From Candidatus Thalassarchaeum sp. (GTDB lineage: Archaea; Thermoplasmatota; Poseidoniia; Poseidoniales; Thalassarchaeaceae): DNA of 61,457 nucleotides. A program made the translations under genes and the position numbers. The stretch spans positions 49,584 to 111,040 of the forward strand of contig JAKUOA010000008.1 of assembly GCA_022451235.1 (NCBI GenBank). Reading direction: 5' to 3'. The notes below the pieces were generated by a model, which saw only the letters and a list, made by a program, of their open reading frames with translations, had not been told where the DNA came from and made no database searches. Shown here one piece after another: positions 53,463 through 61,457 of this stretch (positions within the stretch are counted from its first letter, which is position 1; the number at the start of each line of letters is the position of its first letter).

Positions 53463-53517
53463 ACCGCCGACGATTAGGTTGCGCCGAATATCGATGCATG
53501 AAGTAATCAATTTACAA
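53461..53517 (-). pseudogene. Relic fragment homologous to codons of the ferredoxin domain in 49959..52730 (IDIRRNLIVGG core), inverted orientation
   Basis: The reverse complement of 53463..53495 matches 51831..51863 at 27 of 33 nt. All six mismatches fall on third codon positions and are synonymous. Weaker similarity extends about 25 nt further. Confidence 0.5.
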
Positions 53518-53532
53518 TAAAGGAAGGTTCGC

Positions 53533-55335
53533 TTACTGAGGCCAAGGTCCGACGTCATCGAGGATATCTAACAAATCTCCAGTTCTAGGCTTTGGACCTG
53601 ATTCAGTAAGGTGCATAGCATGAAATATTCTCATGCCAATTGCCATGTCGGGTTGATCTAACAATTGTTTAGACAAGATTCCATATTGTTTGGCCCAATC
53701 TTCTGCTCTATCTGATAGTGAATTGATTATTTCGGAAACTAAGGTTGGACTTGTAGCGGTTCCAGCGGGTAGTTTTGGCCGTCGGACGATTTCTTTCGGT
53801 AAACTCGTCAAATCAGCAGCAGCCCTCAGTGCCATCTTTTCATCATTATTAGATAATCGCCAAGACAACGGCAATTGATTTGCAAGATTTGCATGACTCA
53901 TACCGAGAAATGGGACTCGGGCTTCTAGGCCTTGAGCCATTGAATGTCTGTCACCAAGTCTCAGTTGAAAATTTGACATTTGGCCCCTACTTTGTTCAAA
54001 TTCCAATGTACCACTAAGGTTAGCGAAATTATCTTCTGGCATGATACTGTCTGATGACCAAGGCTTTCCAAGGCCTCTATCATTTTCTGAAATAGAAATT
54101 TGTCCAGCCAAACTCAATCTAGATTTGACAACATTTGAGTGCTCTGTTAAGGCTCGATATCTGGAATAACCTGCATGCAATTCATCTGCGCCTTGTCCGC
54201 AAAGTGCGACAGTTACATTACCTTTCATTTGTTCAAAAACAGATTGCCAAAACATCACGGTGATATCTAGGTCTTCTCCATTCCAAACAAATTCTGGTAA
54301 TTTCTTCCACATTGTATTTTCATCCATAATATGGACGTGATGACCTAAGTCGTGATTTTTTGTTACCGTAATTGATGCCTGTAAATCGACATTTTCCTCA
54401 CTATCTGCAACCGTCCAACATTCAGGTGTGGGTTTGCCGGCTGAATCTGCTGTATCATGTGCCAACGCAGCCATCAAACTGGAATCCAATCCACCTGAAA
54501 GGACAATTCCAACTGGGACATCTGCCATTAAACGGTCTTGGATTGAATCTCTTAGGCTGTTTAGCAATTGAGAGGCGTTGGTCGAAGGACTCCAATTTTC
54601 GCTTGGAATTAAACGGGGTTTCCAATACTTAGCGACACCAGTCAAGGTCGCTTTTCCTTCTGCCAATGACCAAGTTTCGATTGTTCCGATTCCAACCGAC
54701 GTGACTCCTTGGAACAAAGTCGTTTGGTCCAAAGGATATTCGTAAGCTAATCTTACCGAAAGTGCGGAAATATCTGGTTTGGCAGTAAAATCGGGGTGAC
54801 CCCTGAAGGTCTTGACTTCCGAGCCAAAAAGCAAGGTTCCATCTGATAATTGAGTTCTCACTAGAGGCTTAATACCGAAAGGGTCACGGCAAAGAATCAA
54901 TTCCTTAGCCTTGGGATCCCAAAGAGAAAAACCCCACATCCCGTCCAATTTTGAGACCCATTCAATGTGTCTCTCAGCAGGGTTATTTCCAACAGGTTGG
55001 TTCCAAGAATATTTTCTGTGTAAAGCCATTATGACCTCAGAATCACCGGCTGTCCGAAATGGATAATCTCGCAATGTAGATTTGATTTTCTGATGATTGT
55101 AAATTTCTCCGTTAACCATCAATACACAACCATGATCGCTGTGTATTGGTTGATGAGAGCCATCTAAGTCAATTATCGATAGTCTGGCGTGTGAAAAAGC
55201 AACTGAACCATTAGCCTGCTCTACATCTGCCAGGAAATCACCTGAGCCGTCTGGACCCCGGTGACCAATTGCGTTGGCCATTGAAATAGCGTCTTCAAGA
55301 CTGCCATTCCCGAGTAAGCCAGCGATGCCGCACAT
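53533..55335 (-). CDS. asnB: Asparagine synthase (glutamine-hydrolysing)
   Basis: MCGIAG N-terminal nucleophile and SGGLDSS PP-loop motif. 600 aa. Confidence 0.9.
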   Translation of the reverse strand: MCGIAGLLGNGSLEDAISMANAIGHRGPDGSGDFLADVEQANGSVAFSHARLSIIDLDGSHQPIHSDHGCVLMVNGEIYNHQKIKSTLRDYPFRTAGDSEVIMALHRKYSWNQPVGNNPAERHIEWVSKLDGMWGFSLWDPKAKELILCRDPFGIKPLVRTQLSDGTLLFGSEVKTFRGHPDFTAKPDISALSVRLAYEYPLDQTTLFQGVTSVGIGTIETWSLAEGKATLTGVAKYWKPRLIPSENWSPSTNASQLLNSLRDSIQDRLMADVPVGIVLSGGLDSSLMAALAHDTADSAGKPTPECWTVADSEENVDLQASITVTKNHDLGHHVHIMDENTMWKKLPEFVWNGEDLDITVMFWQSVFEQMKGNVTVALCGQGADELHAGYSRYRALTEHSNVVKSRLSLAGQISISENDRGLGKPWSSDSIMPEDNFANLSGTLEFEQSRGQMSNFQLRLGDRHSMAQGLEARVPFLGMSHANLANQLPLSWRLSNNDEKMALRAAADLTSLPKEIVRRPKLPAGTATSPTLVSEIINSLSDRAEDWAKQYGILSKQLLDQPDMAIGMRIFHAMHLTESGPKPRTGDLLDILDDVGPWPQ

Positions 55336-55610
55336 ATTGAGACCACGGGGGCGATTACATCATCAAAGTGATGTGAGGAATTTCAAACAAAAATTGAATT
55401 CAAACGTCAGACTGGGAAGACTATGAATATCGCAAATGATGCTACGGAGGCCAATGCCCAAACAAATAGGTAGAAATTTTGTGAAAGAGGGGACTCTACA
55501 ATCCCTTCTGACTTCTCTGACTCGGCCATCTCTATCATCCCCTCGCACCGTAAATCGGGTTGTAAATGTGACTCCCAAAAAAACACTTAGGAGAGATTCA
55601 GTATTGTGTA

Positions 55611-56156
55611 TCAGAATATCCAATGAGTGAATAACAATGGAACGAGAGGGAACAATATCATAGTAGCATTATCATCAATCCAAGTAACTCTTGGAACTTC
55701 ACCCGCGACAGTTAGAGGGGCGAGAAACAAAGCTGCAAGGAAGGGAGTTGAAAATAGAGTGACCGATATCATCCAAACTGAGTATGAGACTACAAGCCCG
55801 ACAATAATAGCGGCCTTCATTCCCTTCTTTGCTCTCTTCACCTCACCCATAATTGGATCAACAAAAGTCAATCCGCAAATTAAGGGGATTGTGTATTTTC
55901 CAGCCTCTAATCCTTCTCCCTCTTGAGGTGCTAAAATTAGGGCTAAGCAGACTGCAAAAGCACCCCATCCTAACGCGCTAATTTGGTTTGCTTCGTATTC
56001 TCTTTGACCGATGATTACGATTTTCATATTCACACGAATTGCTTCAATTAGAATAAACGACCCCAATACTGCCATGACAAATTCACGGGGTTTCAGATTT
56101 ACAAATCCTGCAATTTCATCTCCCCATAGATAGTATGCGAAGGGAATAATACACAT
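55611..56156 (-). CDS. Polytopic membrane protein (possibly polyprenol kinase/CTP-transferase-like)
   Basis: 181 aa, about 6 hydrophobic helices. VDPIMGEVKR is loosely reminiscent of cytidylyltransferase-family loops. Family call is weak. Confidence 0.4.
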   Translation of the reverse strand: MCIIPFAYYLWGDEIAGFVNLKPREFVMAVLGSFILIEAIRVNMKIVIIGQREYEANQISALGWGAFAVCLALILAPQEGEGLEAGKYTIPLICGLTFVDPIMGEVKRAKKGMKAAIIVGLVVSYSVWMISVTLFSTPFLAALFLAPLTVAGEVPRVTWIDDNATMILFPLVPLLFTHWIF

Positions 56157-56249
56157 TGCAAGATGAGTCCCTCGACGAAACCAATGCCCCCCAGCACCAC
56201 CTACAGAGTGTTTGGCGTGGTCAATATCTACTGGTATTTCGCTAATTAG

Positions 56250-57128
56250 TCATCCCTCCTCGCGAATCTTATCCACTGCTTCTTGCAAAGTGATGCTTCC
56301 TTTTTCAAGGGCTTGCAATGTGGTATCTAATTTCGTAGAATTAAGTAGGGTTGAATCCCATGCGGAAATCAAACGTTCACGTACTCTGAGACGTTCTCGA
56401 TCTGTAGATGTAATCACAGTTTCAAGTTGATTGACCAAGTCTTCTACACCCTGTCCTGAGTGAGCGGAAACCATTAGGACATCTGGAGTCGTATCGCCTT
56501 CCCCAACAGATAAGGCTGATTTTACTGCCTTTGCTGCTCTTTCCGCTTCAGGCAAATCTGACTTGTTGATTACAATCAAGTCTGCAAGTTCCATAATACC
56601 GGCCTTCTCTGCTTGGATTATATCCCCTCTATCCGGTCCATCGACCAGAAGAATTCTATCAGCAAATGCTACCACTCTAATCTCAGATTGACCTGCACCT
56701 ACAGTCTCGATTATGATATTCTTCCAACCACATTCAGATAGAATATCAACCATAGGCGTCAAACAATCCATCAATCCGCCAGGATGGTTTCTAGTCGCAA
56801 GGGAGCGGATGAAAACTAAATCCGAGGAATCTGCATTTACCATCCTCATTCTATCCCCAAGAAGAGCCCCCCCGCTTCTCGGTGATGATGGATCAACCGC
56901 TAAGACCGCTACCGACTCCCCACGCTCGACCCATACGTCGATCATCTTTCCAATTAGAGAGGATTTTCCTACTCCAGGAGGCCCTGTTATCCCTAAAGAT
57001 GAGCCGCTCCCATGTTGAACTGGAGAATTGTGGCCTTCCTCAACAAGAGTTAGTAGCTTGGAAAGAGAACGTCGATTACCAGTACGGGCATTTTCTAGTA
57101 GGTCCTCTGATTTATTCACCAGTGCCAC
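56250..57128 (-). CDS. meaB: Methylmalonyl-CoA mutase-associated G-protein chaperone (MeaB/ArgK)
   Basis: P-loop GPPGVGKSS and the NKSD specificity motif (INKSDL). Confidence 0.85.
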   Translation of the reverse strand: MALVNKSEDLLENARTGNRRSLSKLLTLVEEGHNSPVQHGSGSSLGITGPPGVGKSSLIGKMIDVWVERGESVAVLAVDPSSPRSGGALLGDRMRMVNADSSDLVFIRSLATRNHPGGLMDCLTPMVDILSECGWKNIIIETVGAGQSEIRVVAFADRILLVDGPDRGDIIQAEKAGIMELADLIVINKSDLPEAERAAKAVKSALSVGEGDTTPDVLMVSAHSGQGVEDLVNQLETVITSTDRERLRVRERLISAWDSTLLNSTKLDTTLQALEKGSITLQEAVDKIREEG

Positions 57129-57550
57129 CCAGCCTCTTCACCAACTCCAACAGGTTCTTCTGATTCTGAGCGTTTTTCAATAGTTGTAAGGAATTCTAGA
57201 ATTTCTGTTGATGTCGTACCAGGACCAAAGATAGCTCTAACTCCTACATCATACAGACTTTGTCGATCATGCTCAGGAATAATCCCCCCTGCAAAAACGA
57301 TTACATTATTCATTTCTGATTCACGTAACCCTTCACAAACCCTTGGGATTAGAACGGAGTGAGCTCCAGATAGCGACGAAAGCCCAAGCGCACCTGCATC
57401 CTCGTCAATTACAATGCGTACTATCTCATCTGGAGTTCGACGAAGGCCTGTATAAATCACCTCATGACCTCCGTCACGTAGGGCTCTTGCAATTACCTTG
57501 GCACCCCTATCGTGTCCATCAAGGCCGGGTTTGGCAACTACTATCCGCAT
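57116..57550 (-). CDS. Methylmalonyl-CoA mutase small subunit (B12-binding domain)
   Basis: VVAKPGLDGHDRGAKVIARALRDGGHEVIYTG (DxHxxG B12 motif). The ATG at 57550 is preferred over the track start. Confidence 0.85.
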   Translation of the reverse strand: MRIVVAKPGLDGHDRGAKVIARALRDGGHEVIYTGLRRTPDEIVRIVIDEDAGALGLSSLSGAHSVLIPRVCEGLRESEMNNVIVFAGGIIPEHDRQSLYDVGVRAIFGPGTTSTEILEFLTTIEKRSESEEPVGVGEEAGWHW

Positions 57551-57656
57551 GGTTAAGTCGTACTTGGGACATCTGTAATAGCCTTCAAGGAACCGATTGG
57601 GGCATTTTGCTCTGTATGCTCTCATTAGGAATGCTCATGGACGGCTTTGACTCGTT

Positions 57657-59222
57657 GTGGATTCATCCATGTCAGGGGTGAAGGAACGTATCGATGACTT
57701 GCGCCGTCGCAAGGCACAGGCGGAAGCCGGTGGTGGACAGAAGCGAATCGCCGCACAGCATGCTCGTGGCAAGATGACTGCTCGTGAAAGAATAGAACAA
57801 TTATTAGATCAAGATTCATTTGTAGAAGTCGATGGATTAGTTGAACATAGATGTCGAGATTTTGACATGGATAGAAATGTCATTCCCGGCGACGGAGTAG
57901 TTTGTGGACACGGTACAATTGAGGGTAAAACGGTGTATTGTTTTGCTCAAGATTTCACAGTATATGGTGGCTCATTAGGGGAGATGCATGGGCTAAAAAT
58001 CTGTAAAATACTAGATATGGCCCTAAAAACCGGCTCCCCAGTAATTGGACTAAATGACAGCGGTGGAGCACGAATTCAAGAAGGGGTTGCTAGCCTAGGT
58101 TCGTACGCTGAGATCTTTTTCCGAAATGTAAGAGCAAGCGGAGTTATCCCTCAAATTTCAGTAATCATGGGTCCCTGTGCTGGCGGGGCTGTGTACTCTC
58201 CTGCGATTACTGATTTCGTGGTAATGGTCGACCAGACCGCTCACATGTTCATCACTGGTCCAGAAGTAATCAAGACCGTGACAAATGAAGAAGTTAGTTT
58301 CGAAGACTTAGGTGGTGCATCAACCCATGCAACTAGATCTGGTGTGACTCATTTTACTGCAGATAACGATGATGATGCGCTAGAACTGGTAAGAGACCTC
58401 GTTGCAATGTTACCTCAAAATAACTTAGAAAAACCACCAATAAAATCAACATCTGACCCCCTTGATAGGGATTGTGAAACTCTCGATGAGTTGATTCCAA
58501 GTGACCCAACAACCCCCTATGATATATTAGATGCAATCGAGGCAACCCTAGACGATGGGGCATTCTTAGAGGTACAGGCTGACTTTGCTGGAAACATCGT
58601 GGTAGGATTCGGGAGACTTGGGGGGCATACCATTGGAGTTGTTGCCAATCAACCAAAAGTTTTGGCAGGTTGCTTAGACATCGATGCCTCAGTAAAAGCA
58701 GCTAGATTCGTAAGGTTTTGTGATGCTTTCAATGTACCGCTACTAACTTTTGTTGATGTCCCAGGTTTCCTTCCAGGAGCAAGTCAGGAGTGGGGTGGGA
58801 TTATTCGCCATGGAGCAAAGTTACTCTATGCTTACGCCGAAGCAACAGTTCCAAAATTAACCGTAATCACACGGAAGGCATACGGTGGCGCTTACGATGT
58901 TATGAGCAGTAAACACATTAGAGGCGATTACAACATTGCATGGCCGTCAGCCCAACTTGCAGTTATGGGAGCTGAAGGTGCTGTGCAAATTATTCACCGA
59001 CGCAGAATAGGTTCTGCTGGCGACCAAGAAGGTGAGAGGAAGCGGTTAATCGATGATTATGAAGATACATTTGCCAATCCATATCGTGCCGCTTCCTTAG
59101 GATATCTAGATGATGTTATTCAGCCGAGGGAGACTAGGGCTAAATTGACTAAAGCATTAGGCGCCCTGCTAGAAAAAGAAGAAATTAGACCCGCTCGTAA
59201 ACACGGAAACATCCCCTTGTGA
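57657..59222 (+). CDS. pccB: Acyl-CoA carboxyltransferase (propionyl-CoA carboxylase beta / methylmalonyl-CoA carboxyltransferase 12S type)
   Basis: 521 aa with a duplicated crotonase-like CT domain. Sequence typical of the family throughout ([27 protein letters not shown]). Confidence 0.9.
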   Translation: MDSSMSGVKERIDDLRRRKAQAEAGGGQKRIAAQHARGKMTARERIEQLLDQDSFVEVDGLVEHRCRDFDMDRNVIPGDGVVCGHGTIEGKTVYCFAQDFTVYGGSLGEMHGLKICKILDMALKTGSPVIGLNDSGGARIQEGVASLGSYAEIFFRNVRASGVIPQISVIMGPCAGGAVYSPAITDFVVMVDQTAHMFITGPEVIKTVTNEEVSFEDLGGASTHATRSGVTHFTADNDDDALELVRDLVAMLPQNNLEKPPIKSTSDPLDRDCETLDELIPSDPTTPYDILDAIEATLDDGAFLEVQADFAGNIVVGFGRLGGHTIGVVANQPKVLAGCLDIDASVKAARFVRFCDAFNVPLLTFVDVPGFLPGASQEWGGIIRHGAKLLYAYAEATVPKLTVITRKAYGGAYDVMSSKHIRGDYNIAWPSAQLAVMGAEGAVQIIHRRRIGSAGDQEGERKRLIDDYEDTFANPYRAASLGYLDDVIQPRETRAKLTKALGALLEKEEIRPARKHGNIPL

Positions 59223-59422
59223 GGTATACTATGGCTCGAAAAAAAGATCGTTTACGGGCTGCTGCTATACTGGCTGTGTTGCTAGAAGAAGCAGAAGGGC
59301 AGGCACTGCAATCCTCCGAAAGCAGAGATGGAGGGGCGGCTTGGTCTCGAGATCATAGACGGTCTCTAATCGGAAGGAGAAATTTGTTTCGAGCTCGTAC
59401 ACGTAGAAGTACCACTAGGTGA
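59219..59422 (+). CDS. Small acyl-CoA carboxylase epsilon/PccX-like subunit
   Basis: 67 aa with a 4-nt overlap with pcc[15 protein letters not shown]...AWSRDHRR resembles actinobacterial AccE/PccE-type small subunits. Tentative. Confidence 0.4.
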   Translation: MRYTMARKKDRLRAAAILAVLLEEAEGQALQSSESRDGGAAWSRDHRRSLIGRRNLFRARTRRSTTR

Positions 59423-59426
59423 TAAT

Positions 59427-59834
59427 ATGAAAAAACGCAAAGTCAAAGTCGACGATGAGGAATATGAAGTCGAACTTGAAAAGAAGGATGGTGTATGGAA
59501 TGTCACCATTGAAGGAAAGAGTTTCAACATAGAAATAGAAGGCAATTCTGTCGGGGACACCTCCGGTAGTAAACGGAAAAAATCATCTAGAGGGAAAAAG
59601 TCCGGAACTATTTCCTCAACAATACCGGGTAAGATAGTCTCCATATCGGTTAAAGAAGGACAAATGGTATTAGAGGGAGATGTGGTAATGATTCTAGAAG
59701 CGATGAAAATGCAAAATGAGATTCAAGCCCCCTTGTCGGGTACGGTGACTGCAATTAATGGCAAACCGGGAGATAGCGTTGAGGCAAATTCTCCATTAAT
59801 TATCATTCAACCCGAAGAAAACAAAACTGAGTAG
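59427..59834 (+). CDS. Biotin carboxyl carrier protein (biotinyl domain)
   Basis: C-terminal biotinyl domain with the EAMKMQNEI attachment motif. Confidence 0.85.
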   Translation: MKKRKVKVDDEEYEVELEKKDGVWNVTIEGKSFNIEIEGNSVGDTSGSKRKKSSRGKKSGTISSTIPGKIVSISVKEGQMVLEGDVVMILEAMKMQNEIQAPLSGTVTAINGKPGDSVEANSPLIIIQPEENKTE

Positions 59835-59850
59835 CACCTGAGGGATAACC

Positions 59851-60081
59851 ATGCCGACCTGCGATTACCCAGAATGTAAAGCGAAGGGAGAAAAAATTAG
59901 TCGGCTTTCTCCTGAAGGTTTCCTAGTTGCTACCGGCAAAAAGGCCTATTCGTTCCGAGAAGCTTATCGTCGCTTTCATTATTGTAAAGAATGTCATGAT
60001 GAATTGATGACTAATGTCTGGAATAGAGTCCGCACTAAAGATGATAAAGAGGACGGCCATGTTGCTCCTACAGCAATTTAG
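59851..60081 (+). CDS. Small zinc-finger protein
   Basis: CDYPEC...CKECH four-ligand pattern. 76 aa. Confidence 0.4.
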   Translation: MPTCDYPECKAKGEKISRLSPEGFLVATGKKAYSFREAYRRFHYCKECHDELMTNVWNRVRTKDDKEDGHVAPTAI

Positions 60082-60117
60082 GCTCAAAAAAGATAGATTG
60101 AACTGATGTAAATCGCT

Positions 60118-60780
60118 TCAAATGAGTCCTAAAGCGTCCTCAATCCTGTTTAGTTCTGGTCCAGTAGAACCCGACCCGACTAGTGCATCTAAATTGCTTG
60201 CTACACATCCAGCGCCGACGTAGGGTGAACCAAAGCAAACCGTTCCAACCATCACAGGAACTTGCATTAGTTCGGCTATTTTTTCCGCTTCTTCTGCAGA
60301 GATATCAGGATGAGCGAGAATTCCTTTGTTATTTGCAACGGTCATCGAACCAACGGTTTCCTGACCAGCGACTTTGGTTCGAAGTGTATTGACCTTAAGC
60401 ACCTCGCCAATCATATCTGCACCAGGCCCAGGAATAACTGGACTAACAATAGCACCTTGATCATTACAAGTGACAAGGTTTCCGGCGGCATTTACACCGC
60501 TCTCTAGAACAACAATATCTCCGAAGCTGGTTAATTCGTCAAGATCCGCTTCGGTAGCGATATCGGCTACCGCTAAACCGTTCTTGTTTCCGCGAATTAG
60601 AGAACCAAGTAAGGCTGAACCACCAATTAGGCATGGATGCATCTCCAAATCAAAAGCAGATTGCAATTCCTCAACAGCTGGTTTATCCAAAGATGTAGGG
60701 TGGAACAATACGTCACCTATTACGCTCAGATAAACTCCAACTTGAGCATGCCCAAGTATGTCGCCTGTTGATATTCCCAT
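60118..60780 (-). CDS. eif6: Translation initiation factor 6 (aIF6)
   Basis: 220 aa with pentein-repeat sequence and repeated G(N/S).(A/G) motifs typical of eIF6. Confidence 0.85.
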   Translation of the reverse strand: MGISTGDILGHAQVGVYLSVIGDVLFHPTSLDKPAVEELQSAFDLEMHPCLIGGSALLGSLIRGNKNGLAVADIATEADLDELTSFGDIVVLESGVNAAGNLVTCNDQGAIVSPVIPGPGADMIGEVLKVNTLRTKVAGQETVGSMTVANNKGILAHPDISAEEAEKIAELMQVPVMVGTVCFGSPYVGAGCVASNLDALVGSGSTGPELNRIEDALGLI

Positions 60781-60856
60781 GGGCTCACCTATGCTGTTCT
60801 GTATGTATGGCTACGCCCATAGTGAATGAATGTTGATGCGGGGAGGTGAAAGAGAG

Positions 60857-60976
60857 TGGCACAGCGACGCAAGTTCCCGTGGGCTCTCGCACCACAGTAC
60901 AGTAAACGACGCATGAGGACTTGACTTCCGGGTTCGATATGGGACCGGGTATTACCCCTCCGCTTTGGCCGTGCAC
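60857..60976 (-). rRNA. rrf: 5S rRNA
   Basis: The minus strand reads GCACGGCCAAAGCGGAGGGGTAATACCCGGTCCCATATCGAACCCGGAAGTCAAGTCC...GCTGTGC. Helix I pairs GCACGGC with GCTGTGC. Ends are approximate, within a few nt. Confidence 0.85.
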
Positions 60977-61044
60977 AACTCTCCTTCGAATTTGATTGGT
61001 GATAGAATCGAATATGCCTATTGGACAGAGGCCCACAAAAAGTG

Positions 61045-61457
<413 letters not shown>

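Noticed and set aside
55436-55520. C/D box sRNA (ATGATGC ... CTGA)
   Set aside because: The C-to-D distance is about 65 nt with no recognisable internal D'/C' boxes and no terminal complementarity. That is insufficient support.
59219-59422. Membrane delta/gamma subunit of a sodium-pumping methylmalonyl-CoA decarboxylase
   Set aside because: The 67-aa product has only one short hydrophobic stretch interrupted by acidic residues, and a long Arg-rich tail. No beta (pump) subunit gene follows. An AccE/PccX-like role is more likely, but still tentative.

Overview
This 61.5 kb window is an archaeal chromosomal segment, moderately AT-rich by eye. No mobile elements, CRISPR arrays or recognisable defence genes were seen. 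The archaeal origin rests on the information-processing genes: rpoH-rpoB-rpoA1-rpoA2-rpl30e, aCPSF1/FttA, proteasome beta, aIF6, eS1, SepF, a Pop5-like protein, two tRNAs, and a 5S plus partial 23S rRNA at the right edge. An unsplit rpoB together with many bacterial-type metabolic genes (PntAB, ThyA-FolA, PlsC-family acyltransferase, type-2 MDH) fits a Thermoplasmatota-like marine lineage such as Marine Group II/III; this is inference, with no database search. Four things stand out. (1) A Rieske/cytochrome b6-type operon (46.9-53.5 kb) has its subunit-IV-like protein fused to a large extracytoplasmic domain and a cytoplasmic HdrD-like 2x[4Fe-4S] + 2xCCG module, and no c-type cytochrome is encoded nearby. 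(2) A tight cluster (25.2-34.2 kb) holds four paralogous coiled-coil proteins, a multi-Ig surface protein with a double zinc-ribbon cytoplasmic tail, a DtxR-family regulator and a large membrane protein. A perfect palindrome sits in its divergent promoter. (3) A paralogous helix-hairpin-helix-like module is fused to the N-termini of both RpoA'' and RpoH, and RpoA' and RpoB carry lineage-specific insertions. (4) There are several unusual fusions or variants: eS1 with an acidic linker and SAP motif, an Mtq2/HemK-like methyltransferase fused to a BirA biotin ligase, and a short divergent FtsZ homologue. Novelty cannot be established without database searches, and the decisive checks are stated per finding.
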